64,000 bases of DNA. Source: Vairimorpha necatrix (Eukaryota). Positions 12,801-27,297 of this stretch are shown here, piece after piece; position 1 is the first letter of the stretch, and every line of letters begins with the position of its first letter. Location of the stretch: the NCBI GenBank assembly GCA_036630325.1, contig CP142730.1, forward strand, positions 372,001 to 436,000. Reading direction: 5' to 3'. The position numbers and the translations under genes are program-made. A model generated the notes under the pieces. It did no database searches. It was given only the letters and a program-made list of their open reading frames with translations, and was not told the DNA's origin.

Positions 12801-15800
12801 GATTTGGTATACTAGTTAGAACTTAAGTATCTTTCCGGCCAGCCATAGATACGTTGTGGATTCTTTAAACAATTAATAAACCATATATTTTATTATCAAG
12901 TTTGAAATTTGGCGTAAAGTAAATTTCCCTTGATAATTTTTGATTAACCATTCGAACATTTTTGGAATATTACGAATTTACAAATGAAATGGGGGTTTCT
13001 TCTATTTTAGAAATTATTAAATATATATGCGGTAACCATGGGTTGTATAGTGCTTAAATATATTTATAACAAAGAAATATATCACCATAACAACTGACTC
13101 GCGGCATATGACTATAGATCATTCTTCTGAAAAAACCGAGAGAATCAGGATAGAGTGCAATTGAATCGGCAATATCAACGAAAGAATAATTAATACTTAA
13201 AAGGGCCTTAAAATCATATTGTTTAAACAACATACTTAAGTTTTTATTAACATAAAGCTCTTGATTTTTTAGTTTTGTTCAGAGTAAATCCTTCTATAAT
13301 ATTATGTAAAAACTGTATTTATACATCTATCTGTATCACTTTCAAGCTTGATCTTTGTGACTATAATTATATTTATAACTTATGATGTTTTGTTGTTTAT
13401 TATGTAAAACTACACCTGATTTTTTACTCTTGTATCATTTATATAATGACAAATATGGTGTTGTAACCAAACCCCAGATGAAAACAAACTAAAAACTATA
13501 ATATATAAGAGAAATAAGCCTAATTTTACATTCGGCCTTACAGAAAATGCTATTAATGGTTTAGTTCAATTTAAAAAAGAAAAGAGTCACTTGATAAGGA
13601 TTTAAACACCTTAGACATATTGAGCGATAATTAAAAATCTGTAATTGCGATAATCTCGAATAAATTCCAATAGAACGCCTTATGAAAATCATAAATTGAT
13701 AAAATATACTTGCAACAAAACACTATAATCTTATACATAAAATTAAAATATTCTTTCTGTATATCATTCCTTTTTATTTTAATGTACAGCAAATTTCAAT
13801 AACTATACCATTGCTACAATGTGTTTTTTACATTTAATTCTAGCGATTAATGTCTTTCGCAAGAAAGTATAGTTAAGAATTATAATTTATTTTGTATTTT
13901 ACATCATATTGATTTTGATGATCTATATTTTATGACATATATAACTACCCTTAAGATTTTTTTATTTTTCATTGTTTGTAAATATCAATTCTTTTGGATT
14001 CTTCAATATTATTAACAAACATGAACGATCAATGCAGAATCATTTATCCTCTTAACTTAAATAAAAATTTAGGCTTCTTTTCAAAGATTTTTTTTTAAAA
14101 AGGCTATTTAGAAAGCAGCTCCAACAATAAAATATTGTAGATATAGATTATTTTCAAAATTCTAAGCGTACATTTAAAGATAAAGGAAAGGATTATTGGT
14201 TTATTATCTGGAAACTGTAATTTTTACGGGATATATTTGTTTCTCATCTTTAACCAATATTAGCAACAGTTTTTTATTATAATTTCGTATAATTTAAAAT
14301 GTTTGAATATTTTCTATTTTTGCGAACATTTGTATTACTTCATTTATACGACAAAAATAATATTACAAAGTAAAAAAAATTTAATGAATTTAAATACTAT
14401 ATTTGAGATCAGAAAAAAAATATATAGAACTAAAGAAGGAAAAAATGTTAAAAATAAAACTAAACAATTATTTAATGCTAAGAAATATGATAGTGTTAAA
14501 ACAGCGTTAATTAAAGCGATTCTTAAGAATATTTAATAAAAAGTAAAAGATACGCCTGTACATTTAGAATTACAACAATGGAAACATTTGGCCCGGGAAA
14601 GTCAAAACTTTTACAGGGGAACACCTAAAGATGTAACATAATCTCAATTAATAAGACTTTTTTTTAGAATTTTAAACAAATATAGTGTTGAGATATGCAT
14701 TCAGGTGTTCAAAATCTAAAATGGTTATAAATAGTTCTCCTTATTTGTGTTTATATTGATTATATTTCTGTTTGATGACTTTTATATTGCATGGTTTTTT
14801 TTATTATAATGTTGTTTATAAAAAAGACCTTGTTTATAAGACTGCGCTTATATTATTATCATCTTTTTTCTATAAAGAAAATTCAAACCCCCGATAATAA
14901 AAAGCTTTTGTTGCAACTACACATAATTTTAAACTACATACACCCCTTTAATATTTTAATCATATTTTTTTTATTTAGGAAAACATTATTTTGAATGAAA
15001 TGCACACTCAAGATGAAAATTATAATTAATATTATTAAAAAAGAGTCAATAGAATTTATATCTTACTACCACAAACATCATTGAACAACATACTGGATTG
15101 ATATTTGAAAAAATATATTATAATCATAATTCTTAATGTTCTCTAAATATTTAAGAGGTTATGAGTTCTACTTACTATAAATTTCATAAAAATATTAATT
15201 CAAGCAATATAAAAACATTATTTCACAACAAGGATATTTTACATCAGATAAATATTGTCAATGACATTGCTTTTCGGTTCAAAATATTTTTTTGAATTTT
15301 TCCACTTTGCTCCTCGTTTTGTTTTGCATGATAATTCCATGGGGGAGGGGGTTGGTTATTTTCATTTTTTTCTAAATTATTAGAACTCCTAATATAATCA
15401 TCTATTTAAAAGTTTGAAAAAGGAATACTATACACTACTACTTAGAATTATATCGAATCATTGTTAATTTTTGTTTTAATCTAACGCCTATAATTTTCTG
15501 ATAAAACTTATTCTATGTAAATTGGATGAGACGACGTGTAAAGTATTTAACATTAGTTTTTCAAGTCCAAATTTAAGTTTTATCATTAAAAATTTAGGTA
15601 TTTTTTATTTTGCATATGTACAAATGCAAAGTTTTATTTTATCCATGCTTTAAAAATTATAAATTACCAATTTTATGGACTAATACAAAAACATAATAAA
15701 GTTTTAAATAAAATACATATTTTACTAAATTAAAAAAAAAATATATCAAATTTAATTAACGCTTAAACTTTTTAAGCCTTATTTTCTATAATTATTGTCT

Positions 15801-15865
15801 AAACATTATTCATTTAAATGGTGTCTTTTAGATCCTAATTAAGAATTTTAACTAAAAACCATTAT

Positions 15866-16171
15866 TCAATGACAACAGTATATAATAAAAATAAGCAGTA
15901 TACAAACTATAATAATCTCCACAAAGGTGCCAGTACTGACTGTTGCGGTCATTTTAAAAGAGAAAGCTTCGTCATCATGATCATCATCTATCAGAGCTAG
16001 TGATTCTAAACTTACAAACGGCTTTCTAATAAATGTTTCTTCAAAGCGAAACATATTATTGTTTTTAACATTTGCGTCTTCTACAATTATCGATATACAT
16101 TGGGTATCAAATTCTTTTTTATTTCCACAAAATATTAATTCTAAAGAAATTAATTTTTTCAAAATATTCAT
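15866..16171 (-). CDS. Small hypothetical membrane protein (101 aa, C-terminal TM helix)
   Basis: ATG at 16171 preceded by GCCCCAA; C-terminal FVEIIIVCILLIFIIYCC hydrophobic stretch; acidic DDDHDDE patch. Confidence 0.5.
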   Translation of the reverse strand: MNILKKLISLELIFCGNKKEFDTQCISIIVEDANVKNNNMFRFEETFIRKPFVSLESLALIDDDHDDEAFSFKMTATVSTGTFVEIIIVCILLIFIIYCCH

Positions 16172-16708
16172 TTGGGGCAAATTCTAATTTCTTAAAACTA
16201 TTTTGTGCTGATTTTTATAAAATAATTAAATTTTAATAAAATAATAAATCACTTCAAAACAAGGATAAAAAATCATTTTATTGTTTAATCTTGAACGAAT
16301 CATGCATATTTGAGGATAATAATTTTAGTAATTTAAAATAAATTATTTTTGTTTTAGACATATTCTCATCAATTTTGCAATATGACCTTATTGTTTCATT
16401 TAGTCGTTCAATTATATTAAATAAAATATAGCATCTTATCTATTCATCTTAAAAATAAGCTCCGTAAAAAATATTAAAATAAGAAATTATGTCGTATAAG
16501 AACATCAGACTAGATAAAATGATACATACAAAATATAAGCTGTCTGAGAATTGTTTAATAATTTACTAAATAGAGGCATTATGTATTTATATATCTTATT
16601 TGTTTCGGCAATAACAAATTAAAAAGATCTTAAATTTTTTGTTTTGAAAAACACCTATTTTTATTTGTCAAGGAAATCGTCTAAATAATATCAAACAAAA
16701 ATTAATAT

Positions 16709-19700
16709 TGTTAGACATATCCAAGTTAAGAGGTCTTTCATAATAAAGATATAAAATAATTAATGACATGAGAATGTCACAACATCCTCCCTCTATAAGA
16801 AATAATTGTCTTCGTCGCTTTTTTTCAGCTGCGTAGCGTGCCTTTTAACCTTTTACTATTTATCGTTACAATTAATTTCAGATGATCGTTAAATAAAATG
16901 CCTATAACATTGCCTGTTTCTACGAACTTTGGCTGTCCTTTGTATTTGTGTATATGGTCTTGTATAATAACCAAATCTCCGAGTTCCAACTTTTTACCAT
17001 TCCGGTTAAATGAATAAACTCTTGTATCTATTTATTCAGTTTTCAAAATGTTTTCTTTTAACTTCTGAGAGGTTCTCTGGGTCTAAATGCTTCTTTTAGG
17101 TGCATCGCTGTTGCTCTATTACTCATACAATTATACGCCCCAATCATTTTATCGACTCTTTTCGACAGTCCAATGCTCTTATTCTGCTTATAAATTCCTC
17201 GCCCACAGTTCTATTAAATCTTTCTATTCTTTATTTTGATAATAGTGGTAGGGCGAGGTAATATATTGTCTTATTTTATTCACTAATAAGCAATTTCTTA
17301 TCTTTTCACTTATATTTTCTATTGCACCGTTTGATACTGGTGTCGGTATATTCATCTTTTTGTGTACAATTTCCAAAAACATCAATATGTTATTACTACT
17401 TTTTGTTTTGATACTTTTGCAAATGCAAGTCTTACGAAATATTCTAACGCCGGGATTATAAATCTATCTTCTATCGGCCCTATGATGTCAAAAACGACTT
17501 TTGTTCCGTGTTCCAATGCTTCAACGTGCCCTTATCCTTTAATTCTCGCCGGATTATACTCTTTGCATTTATAACATCTTTTTAAAAATTCTTTAACTCT
17601 CTTTAGTGTTATAATTTTATTACCCTGTTCTTTATTTACTTGTTTATGAGTAGCTTTTTCGTCTCTATGAACTATTTTTGATGAACATTCATGATCATAC
17701 CAACAATTTCCTTTTCTTCAATCACATTTATTAGCCAACAGTACGTCGAGAAAGCATCAACGTGCGCCAAATCTGTATGTATTTTGTATGTATTGTAAAA
17801 TTCTACATCTGTAATCGTTCTATCTATCTTATTATCCTCGGAATTTAACACCCCCTTACAGTTTAAGACTTCCAGTGCCCTATGATCCGTGTAATGTAAA
17901 ATTTCCTTCCGAGGAGGAAATATATAAAGTGTTTCATTGCCCAAAGTGTAGCTAACATTTCCTTTTCTTTATAGTATAATTCCATTCGGCCTGCCGTAAC
18001 TGCTTTGAGACAAACGCAATTGGTCGTTCTTGCTCTTTTTGGCTAAGTACGGCAGCCAATCCTGTGTTCGATGCGTCTGTTGTTAAAACCAAGTCTCGTG
18101 TGAAGCCAAGTTGATACAGGCATAATTATGATATTAATGCATCTTTCAACTTTTGAAATGCTGTTTCTTGATACTTTTCTCAAATAAAGGATTGTTTCTT
18201 TTTTAATAGTATTACGAGTGGATAGCATATCTCTGCGCAATTCTTTATGAGTTTTCTTTAATAATTCACACTACCGAAAAATTTTCGCACCTACTCTACA
18301 TCCTTGGGCTTGTACAATTTTTTATTCCTTCAGTATTATCTATCAATGGAGTTATCTTATTATATGTTATGTTGTGACCTAAAAAGTTTATCTCTTCTTT
18401 TAATATTTCAATTTTTTCCATGTTTGCTGAGAATCCTGCGTTGTTAAGTAATCTACATACTCTTCCCACTGTCTTTTCATGCTCTTCAATTGTTTCAGTA
18501 TATATTAGAATATCATCCACATACGCGAAACAACATCTCCCAATTTCTTGCTTAAGAACTTTATCAACTATTTTTTGAAATATTGCTGGGAAGTTCTTAC
18601 CCCCCATAGGCATCCTAGTGTATTCATATATCCTGTTTTTTATCCTAAAAGCTGTTTTCATCATGTCCTTCTTTTTCAGCTATACCTGAAAGAATGCTCC
18701 TTTAAATCTATCTTAGTAAAATATCTGCCTTTTCCCAGGCGGTAAATAAGCTCTTCTATCCTTGGTAGCGTATAACTATCTAGTGCCACTATTTTGTTCA
18801 GTTTGATTAAATTTATCTTAAGCCGTATGCTTCCATCTTTTTTTGGCAATTCTAACGTTATTTAACCATGTAGATCGAGATTCTCTAATATAGTTGTTGA
18901 ATAATAATCTCTGTATTTCCTTAATCAATTTTCTCTTCCCATGCATGGGGTCTTCGATACGACTTATCTACAACCCTTTTACCATCCTCAGTATCTATAT
19001 TTCATTCAAATCCCTTAATTCCTTCGTTCTTCCAAGCACATTGTTTTTTATTTCAATTTTAAAATCGGCTACTATGGCGATAGGATTTACGGGCCTTGGA
19101 GTTCTCATCCATTGACGTCCTATTATCGCCGTCTTATCATTTCGTTTTGGTAAAAAATAAAACTTTTCTTTATAACGTTCTTTGCTATGCTCAAATTCGA
19201 TTTCCACATATTCGTTTATCTTAAACTCTTCTAATAGGCAGGTATATAAAGTGATCGGCGTGTTCAATAAAAATGCTTTGATTGTTAAGAGTGCTTATAC
19301 GGTTTTGTTATAAAACTATATTCTGATCCTGTGTCAAAAATAGGTCTAAACTGAAGACCCTTCTTAAAAACTAAATTTTTTTTAATTATTTCATCGACCA
19401 TTTCGACGTTATCAGCTGTCTTTTTTGGTCTGTTCTCGTCGTGTAGTCCAATTTTGTATATAGTTTTCTTAAATACGATTTTTTTTAATTATCTCTATCT
19501 TCTTTATGGTATCTAGAAATTCTTCATCAATTTTTTTGAACTTAAGTGTTACTTGCTCACACTCCTTCCTCAACTCCCCCAATCCTTAGTAAATAATTTC
19601 TAATATTAGCTCGTCATCGTCAATTATAGCTTCTCCTAACTTTCCCATCCTTAAAAAAATTCGTAACAAGTTTTTTCCTTTTTCTGGAATTCTCTTTTAG

Positions 19701-20044
19701 ATATTTTTTTGTAAAAAATAAATAGAATATATTTCTTCCATGCGTCATACGAAATCTTTCTTAGTTTTTTATCTCTTTCTAAGAGTTCTTGGGCTTCGAT
19801 TATAGCCTCATCTGTTTTGTCCAAAATTTCATCAATTTTTTCTTCATCCGTTGGATTAAAAAATTTTCTTTCTTTCTAGTTTTTTTTTAAAGAGGCTTTA
19901 ATATCTTTACCAGTTATTGAATGGTGAGATCAGCTAGTAACTTCATAATGCCTTGTTTTGAAATATTCTCCACCATGTTAGACATATCCAAATTAATGGG
20001 TATTTAATAATAAAAATATAAAATAAACAATGACATGAATGTTA

Positions 20045-20049
<5 letters not shown>
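16709..20049 (-). mobile_element. Older, heavily decayed Ty3/gypsy LTR retrotransposon
   Basis: Diverged ~75-bp LTRs at 16709-16784 and 19976-20049; PBS TGGTGGAGAAT at 19965-19975; PPT AGAGGGAGGA at 16785-16794; fragments KTAF-RMPMG-YVDDILI (RT), DASN / TDHRAL (RNase H), FDTGSE (protease), SPYHY...ER (integrase). Confidence 0.9.

Positions 20050-20075
<26 letters not shown>
20049..20075. repeat. (AT)n microsatellite
   Basis: About 13 AT units directly at the end of the LTR. Confidence 0.85.
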
Positions 20076-22667
20076 AGTTAATAATACTTTACAATTACTC
20101 CTTTCCCTATAGTATTCTAGTCATAAACATTACACAATTAATATCGGGGGGGGGTCAAGTTATTAGAGTGATAAACTTCTTTTGTTCGTTTGGATAGTTA
20201 GCTAATATTATGATTGAATTTATCAAAATTCATTAAGAATTTTCTTTCAAATTTCAATTGTATCTATATAGAAATTATGTAGATTATTTAAAAATGTACA
20301 GGCATTTATTCAAAAAAAATGTTTATAAAAACTAAAAGTCAATTAGCACATAATGGGGCGACACTAGCATTCATTGTTTTTTATGTATTAGTGGCCATAT
20401 ACAACTATAAATAAAAAATATTCTGAAATCGTGTACATATTCAATTGAATATTTATTATTCACTCACAGCACACAGTAAATGAATGGAAACATATGAAAG
20501 TTATTCTAAAAATTTAGTAAATCACAAAGAATCTAAAATATTGATCTGTTGAGTAAACATGTGTCACATTAAAATATAAAAGTAATATCATTGATTTGAA
20601 AAAAAAATCTCTAAAAGTGATGCATAAAATATATACAATTCGGTAGGATATTAATTTTTCCGTTTTATAGTATCATTTTTAAACATTTCAAATTGCTGGA
20701 TTTGTGAAATAAATATCTCACAAAACAAATATAAGCTATAAAAACTATCAACTTTTTCTCACAAGTATGCGGCAGAGATAACTTTTGTATTTGAACCAAA
20801 CGGATTTAGGCAAGAGTCTTATTTAACTGGTACTAGGCGACTATTTCTCACTAAAGTCCCCTCATCAAAATTCCTAGTATATTAAGCTCCGCCTTATTAA
20901 TTGGTCTTTAGCCACAAATATTTTTATTATACACAAACTAGCGTACATATCGATCTTCATATAAAAATAATAAATATATATATATATGAATTTAACAGCA
21001 TAGTGAAATAAATCAAAGAAACACATCGTAATACTAGCTCAATCCTTCTTCTATCATAACAATCTTGTACATAATCAGCCTGGGATTTTATTGATCCGGC
21101 CGATCAACAGTATCTACCAATTTAACTGTCTTGTTACAGAATCCTACAGAATAAGGACATCAGGGGCTTCTATTGCGTTATTTCATAATCTACGAGTTAT
21201 ATTCAGATATCAGCCCATAATGCATCAGTGATAGGCACCATAGGCTATTTGCAGCAGATACTTTATTTGTTGAAAACTTACCACAAAGGTTTTTAGGGCT
21301 AGGTGCGATTCTTCATTTTATGCTTAATCTCTTATGCCCGAACGCACAAAAGTTTCATTAAATCAGTTTAACGATGATCGTAACAATTTCATCGTTTGAG
21401 TTTTTCCTATAGTATCGTGCAAAAAAGAAACAATTAGAACCGCTATGATTTGAACCTGCCAAACAACCCCGAAACTTAGATTCGCTAAACTATCAGCTAC
21501 TATGCAATTTTTTTTAAATTTTATGAGTTAGAAAGTTGATTCGGTCACAAAATATAGATTCGATTCGAAAATTATATTGTTTAGGGTATGTTTTTATTAG
21601 CATTATCTTTGTAAATCTTCTTCGTCGGACCAACATCTAGATAATCTCTAGTTATGTTGGGAAATAGAAAAATTGCGCAAGGTTTTATTTAAAAATAAAC
21701 ATAAGTATCTTCCCTATTCACAACCAAAAAAACAATTCATTTTTATTTTAACAAAAATATATAAATAAAAAAGCCGAATAAAAATATAAAACTTAATACA
21801 AATAACAACAATTATGATCTAATGATGTTAAGACTTATTCTTTGGTGTTTTCATTATTTAAATCCAGCCACTATATGCTGTCAGATTTTTATATAAAGAT
21901 TTTATTTGCAAAATTAAGTGTTTGCATATATTGAATTATTTTTGAGAATTAAACAATCACAAATCACTCTAAATTGTTTATCATTATCTAATAAAAAGTA
22001 AATGGCTTTACTAAATAAGTTCTTGTTTCATTCACTTATAACTGCATTTTTACATTTAAAACAAAAAATATAATTTTTTAAAAACCTTAAGCATATATTT
22101 CTTACATTCTATACATAATAAAATGTCAAAGCAACTTGGGTTGTTTTCTTTATATTTCGCAATACTTATTCAATGTCTCGCAATTATTGGTCCTATGAAC
22201 CAACATGTATTCTTTATTAATGAAACAACATTTAGTGTTCTCGATTAAATACTACTACAAATGATCTATAAATGAAATTTATAAATAAGGTCTCTTACTT
22301 AATAGTTTATTTTCCCGATTAAAAAAGTAATATGGCAAAGTTTTAAGACAAAATATTTTACTTAATACGGGTTATATAAGATAAATACAAGTTCTTATCT
22401 TGTGTCAAAACTTTACAATTTATGTATAAATTATTACATAAAATAGTTTTTTGTAAAATTTATGTTAGCAACCAATCAAAATATAAACAACACCATATAT
22501 GGGGACAAATTATCTAATTTTAATTTAAGAAATATATATAACAATAAACCTATAATGGCCTAACGTGATAACATTAATATAAATGTCTAAAAATAGCTTT
22601 ACAAAATATAAAGACCAAAAGAAACTAAATTAATATAACCATAAAATAGTTGTCAAAGTGGAAGTAT

Positions 22668-23408
22668 TTATTTAAGGGACTTATTCATATCTATACAACG
22701 TATTTTATCACAAACCATTCTAGGAGGCGGCCCTATGTAAACTTTTTTAACATCATCTTTTACGAACGGCTTCCCTGTTGTCGATTTACGTAGAGGAGCA
22801 TATCTTTTATCTCTTAAGTATTCTTCATCAATATTTGAAACATTCAGCATTAAATATATTCGATTAAACTTTTCGATATTAAATAATTGAGTAATTTCAT
22901 TTTCACATTCATCATTTATCTCTAATTCTACACTTTTAAGAATCTGATAACTTATAATATCCCTGTTATTAATGTATTCATTAAAATTAGCAATACTAGC
23001 TAATCTCAATATTGGCCTAAAACTATTAAAAGCCAATGATTCCAGAAATGACAATGCATATGAACATGTAAAGTCAAATGATTTTCCTAAATAAAACTCA
23101 TGTAGATAATGTTTAAAAGAACCTAATAATAAATTTCGGTTTATATTATTGTTCTTAGATAATAATTTTTCGATCTTTTTTTTTATTTCGGGATGTTCTT
23201 TAATACTGCCAAAAAAATCACGTACTACTGTATTATAATGATCAAGATTAATATTCTGATATTCATTTTGAGGTAAAACATCAAAAGTAGTTTTGAAATA
23301 ATTATCTGAATTATAATTTTTTGAGCCAACTTCTCCTTCTTCAAGTTTTATCTGATCATTTTTGATTGCATAAGAGAAATTAAAAGTGATATAGAACAGA
23401 ATGTACAT
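22668..23408 (-). CDS. Secreted family A member 2 (246 aa)
   Basis: Intact ORF, CCCC motif before ATG, core nearly identical to 11723-12460, RDKR site and CDKIRC tail. Confidence 0.85.
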   Translation of the reverse strand: MYILFYITFNFSYAIKNDQIKLEEGEVGSKNYNSDNYFKTTFDVLPQNEYQNINLDHYNTVVRDFFGSIKEHPEIKKKIEKLLSKNNNINRNLLLGSFKHYLHEFYLGKSFDFTCSYALSFLESLAFNSFRPILRLASIANFNEYINNRDIISYQILKSVELEINDECENEITQLFNIEKFNRIYLMLNVSNIDEEYLRDKRYAPLRKSTTGKPFVKDDVKKVYIGPPPRMVCDKIRCIDMNKSLK

Positions 23409-25882
23409 AGGGGTAATTCCAATTTCTAATTAATACTACAAGCGGATAGTAATTATGACATAATATAAATAAACATTTTAAATAAATGTGACTAAACACT
23501 TTTGTATGTAATTCAAAAACATTTTTAAATATTATATTTTTGATGATATAAACAAACATTTATGATCAATAATGAAATATTGTGTATTTAATACGAAGTT
23601 AAATGACTTACGTGGTAGATTATATTACTATCCAATATACTCTCGTGTGATGAATAATATTAAAATAATCTTTTCATGATTAGATTATTAGATAAACGTA
23701 TTACCTAGTAGGATTTTCAAGTTTCATTGTTTACTCAAAATATCTTTGTTTTGTCTTCAAATAAACTAGTAAGTATGATTCTAGATATGTTACAGATCAA
23801 AGCAAAAAAATTTTCAGCGAAAATAATCATGATTGTTAAAAAATTAAGATCAAAATACGAAACAATATGTTATTTTAATAAGGGAGGATATAATCAATGG
23901 ATGAGTTTTAATTTTTTATTATTTAATCTAAAACTACTCCGCTTAGATGTTTGATGTCGGAAGTAAACTGCATTTTTAAGGAAAACTCCAACATATTGTA
24001 TTCTATTTACACAAAAAAAAAATCTTTCCATAACTTCAAAAGCATTATAAAGTAAATAGGAGGTTTTAATTGTTTCATGTTGATAATTTAGATATTTATA
24101 TTATCCTCAATTGTATTTTAAGAAATAAAACATCGAATATATTCGTCATGCATCACGTTTTTTAGATACACTTGAAATTAATATTTCCATTTACTTAACT
24201 TTATTACTATTTTTAGTATATGATTTTAATTTCTTAACAAAACTAATTAACAAATTACTTTACATACAACGAACTAATAATAGGTTGATACAGTAAAAAC
24301 ATTATAAATTGTTCTAATATCAAAATTATATTAATTTTTGGGCATATAAATAGCAAAATATAAACATTTCTCAAATTTTTTAAAACCACCAAAACATAAT
24401 ATATATTAATAAAGGGGCATGCCCCATTCATAATAATACATAAAGCTCCTTATATATCACAATTGTGTTTTGAGATATAACTATGCTGTAGTAATGTTTT
24501 TACTTGTCACGTCCAAATCCCAATTCTAATCGATTTTATATATAAATTTTATCTGTGCCAAAATTACATTTATTTGAAATATTTTTATACTATTATTGCA
24601 ATAAAATAAAACTTCTCGCAATACAAGTATGTAAAAAGCAAATGATTGAACATAATTATATTAAATAGAACACTTTGTCTTATTAAAGAGTAGTAATAAT
24701 ATTTAATTTAACTATTTTTTTTATCTTGATTTATAAGTCAATAAAAATATAATTTTTATATATCTAAGCTTTTTAGAATTTAGTGACTTTTATATGTGTC
24801 TTTTTTTAGTAATTTATTTTTTTCGACATTAGAAAGCTTACAACAGCAGAAAGCATAAGGCTCCATAATAATTTATTACGCACTGTGCTTGGGCCTAGAG
24901 CCTACATATAATTTTCCGTTTTGAAAAATTATCAAGAAAACGTACGATCTAAACCTATTAAAGAAAGTTTTGAATGGTTAAAATAAAGAACATAATTAAC
25001 ATCAAAGAAACCCAAAAACATTAGATTAACATTTAATGATGCCGTATAATGCTAAAATTCGACTTCTCACAAGACATTATGATGCGGACAGATCATAAAA
25101 TTAAGTCTTTTAAAAGTGATTATTTAGATCCGTTTAGAAATTAAAAACAACGTTTTTAATTAAAACAAAAGATAATGTTTATATTAGAGTGGTATCAAGA
25201 TTAATATAGGCGTTTGATTAAATCTATTTTCACATTTGATATTCATGAAAAAAGTAAAACGAAAAACGTATTGAAGTAGAAACATCATACCAAGATAATC
25301 AACAAAAATTATACCAAAAAAAGAATATGAGTGTAGTTAAATCTACAAAACAATTGTGCATATACTGTATGTCATAAAATATGAAATATCGCGAGGAAGT
25401 AGCTCATTGATATATTAAATAATAGAATTTATGCAACAAGGAACATAACATAAACATAATTGAGAGTATTGCCCACATCGAATTTTTTTATTTTTAAATC
25501 CGAGGGGAAAAGTGCCGACCAGCTACTAAAAACACAGTAGATGTAATTAGGACGGTTGCTAAATAAGTATGTTAAAATAAATAAATATAACATAGTAATA
25601 TAACAAAGATTAATTTTTTCCACGTTTCATTTTAATTTTGGAAGATTTTTAACAGATTTTTTGATGCACACATTTTCTTAATCAATAATCTATATTTGAA
25701 TTAAAATTTCGTTATCAAATTCTGCAAATAGTTATATTTAACAAATTTGTTCGTTTAAAAGAAAATAGAATAGCAAATCTTGAACATATATATATATCAA
25801 TCGATATAGTAATTTAATTAACACGAAGAAATAAATTATAGAATATTTTTTATGCTATATGAAATAAATGTGAAAATATATA

Positions 25883-26265
25883 ATTTATTTAGGTATAACA
25901 TTCGGCCTATTAATTACTTTTCACAAGATACGCTTACAGTCTCATCTGGCAGTTCCAGGACTTCCTTCTAAGATTCACTCATTGGGCTCTCGAAGACCCC
26001 CTCCTGATCTGTATCAAGCCCATGTCTGGCTGACATAGTTAGGCTTTCTAAAGTCATTTTAAGGACTCTTGACTGTATTCATGCTTCCGTTCTGGGTTCT
26101 AATCTGAGCACTTTGATATGCGTACGGTTAAAATTAGTTACTATTCCATCCCACGTCATCACATAAGGAATAATTTTCGGCTTGTATTTGTAGAGAGAAG
26201 CCACATGATTTGCGAGCAGTCGTATTTATGTTTCTTTTCTGTTTCTACTGCATGGAGGTTGTTAA
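25883..26265 (-). mobile_element. 5'-truncated RLE non-LTR retrotransposon insertion with ~21-bp TSD
   Basis: Translates to VETEKKHKYD..LANHVASLYKYKPKIIPYVMTWDGIV; absent from the paralogous copy (32061-32081); flanked by aaataaatgtgaaaatatata / aaataaatatgaaaagatata. Confidence 0.85.
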
Positions 26266-26541
26266 AAATAAATATGAAAAGATATATTTAGACATGTTTT
26301 TCAACTAAAATAGTCGTTCACATTCTGTATTTTCCTGATTTATAGACGAATTCAATTCTAAAAATATAGAAAACTTATTTTTAAATCATCGATCATGATG
26401 ATATATACAAAAAAACTATTTATAAAAAATATAATATAGAAAACTCATTTAGATTAGAAATTGTCATGTTATTTTGTTAAATAATGATACACATAACTAT
26501 AAATTTATTTATATTTGTTACAGTAAAATACTTAAAAGCGT

Positions 26542-27297
26542 TTAATTAGAAATACTTCTCAGCGGCGAACAAATAATGCTTTTGCAGGTTGAATAAAATG
26601 GTTCTCCCACATATACCTTTTCAACACTATCAGGTACTAATGGTTTTCTCGTTGTTGTAAAGCTCGGAATATTTCTTCTATTCCGTAAATGATTATCATT
26701 ATTCAATTCATTCAACATTATAAATATCTCATTGTATTCATGGGCATTAAATAATTGACTTATTTCGTTTTCACAACTCAAATCAAATTTCAAATCTACA
26801 CTATTAAGTATCTGATATTTTATCTTTTCCCTGTTATTAATATACTCTTTAAAATTTTTTATACCTGATAGTCTAAATACTAAATTTAAACTATGAGCAG
26901 CCAAAGAATACAAAAAAGATGAAACAGATAAACAATTTTCTTTAGGTTTTCTTCTTTGAAAATAATGAAATAAAGAAAGATAAAATTGAGAAAAGAAAAA
27001 GGTTTGGGGAATGTCTTTTTCATTAGATATTAAATCATCGAGTTTCCTTTTTACTTCATGATGCTGAGTAATAATTGCAAAATAATCTCTACAAATTAAA
27101 TAGTAAAAATCAAGATCGATTTTTTGGTTTTTTTCCAGGGGAATATCATCCATTTCAGAATGTAAATATTTTTTAGAACCATCATTCATTGACTTGGATC
27201 CTTCCTTAGTTTTGATATCGTTGGTAAAAAGTATATCGGACTTTTCAAGTGGCGCATCGGAACAAAAATGAACAATGAAATTTGAGAGAAACATCAT
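26542..27297 (-). CDS. Secreted family A member 3 (251 aa)
   Basis: Intact ORF, CCC motif, shares EYINNR..I.YQIL.SV.L...CENEI.QLFN with members 1 and 2; RNRR site; CKSIIC tail. Confidence 0.85.
   Translation of the reverse strand: MMFLSNFIVHFCSDAPLEKSDILFTNDIKTKEGSKSMNDGSKKYLHSEMDDIPLEKNQKIDLDFYYLICRDYFAIITQHHEVKRKLDDLISNEKDIPQTFFFSQFYLSLFHYFQRRKPKENCLSVSSFLYSLAAHSLNLVFRLSGIKNFKEYINNREKIKYQILNSVDLKFDLSCENEISQLFNAHEYNEIFIMLNELNNDNHLRNRRNIPSFTTTRKPLVPDSVEKVYVGEPFYSTCKSIICSPLRSISN

Noticed and set aside
21060-21500. GC-richer patches (also ~1540-1700, 14300-14700, 45600-46000) as genes or ncRNAs
   Set aside because: No recognisable motif; probably old transposon or gene debris that cannot be assigned without a search.
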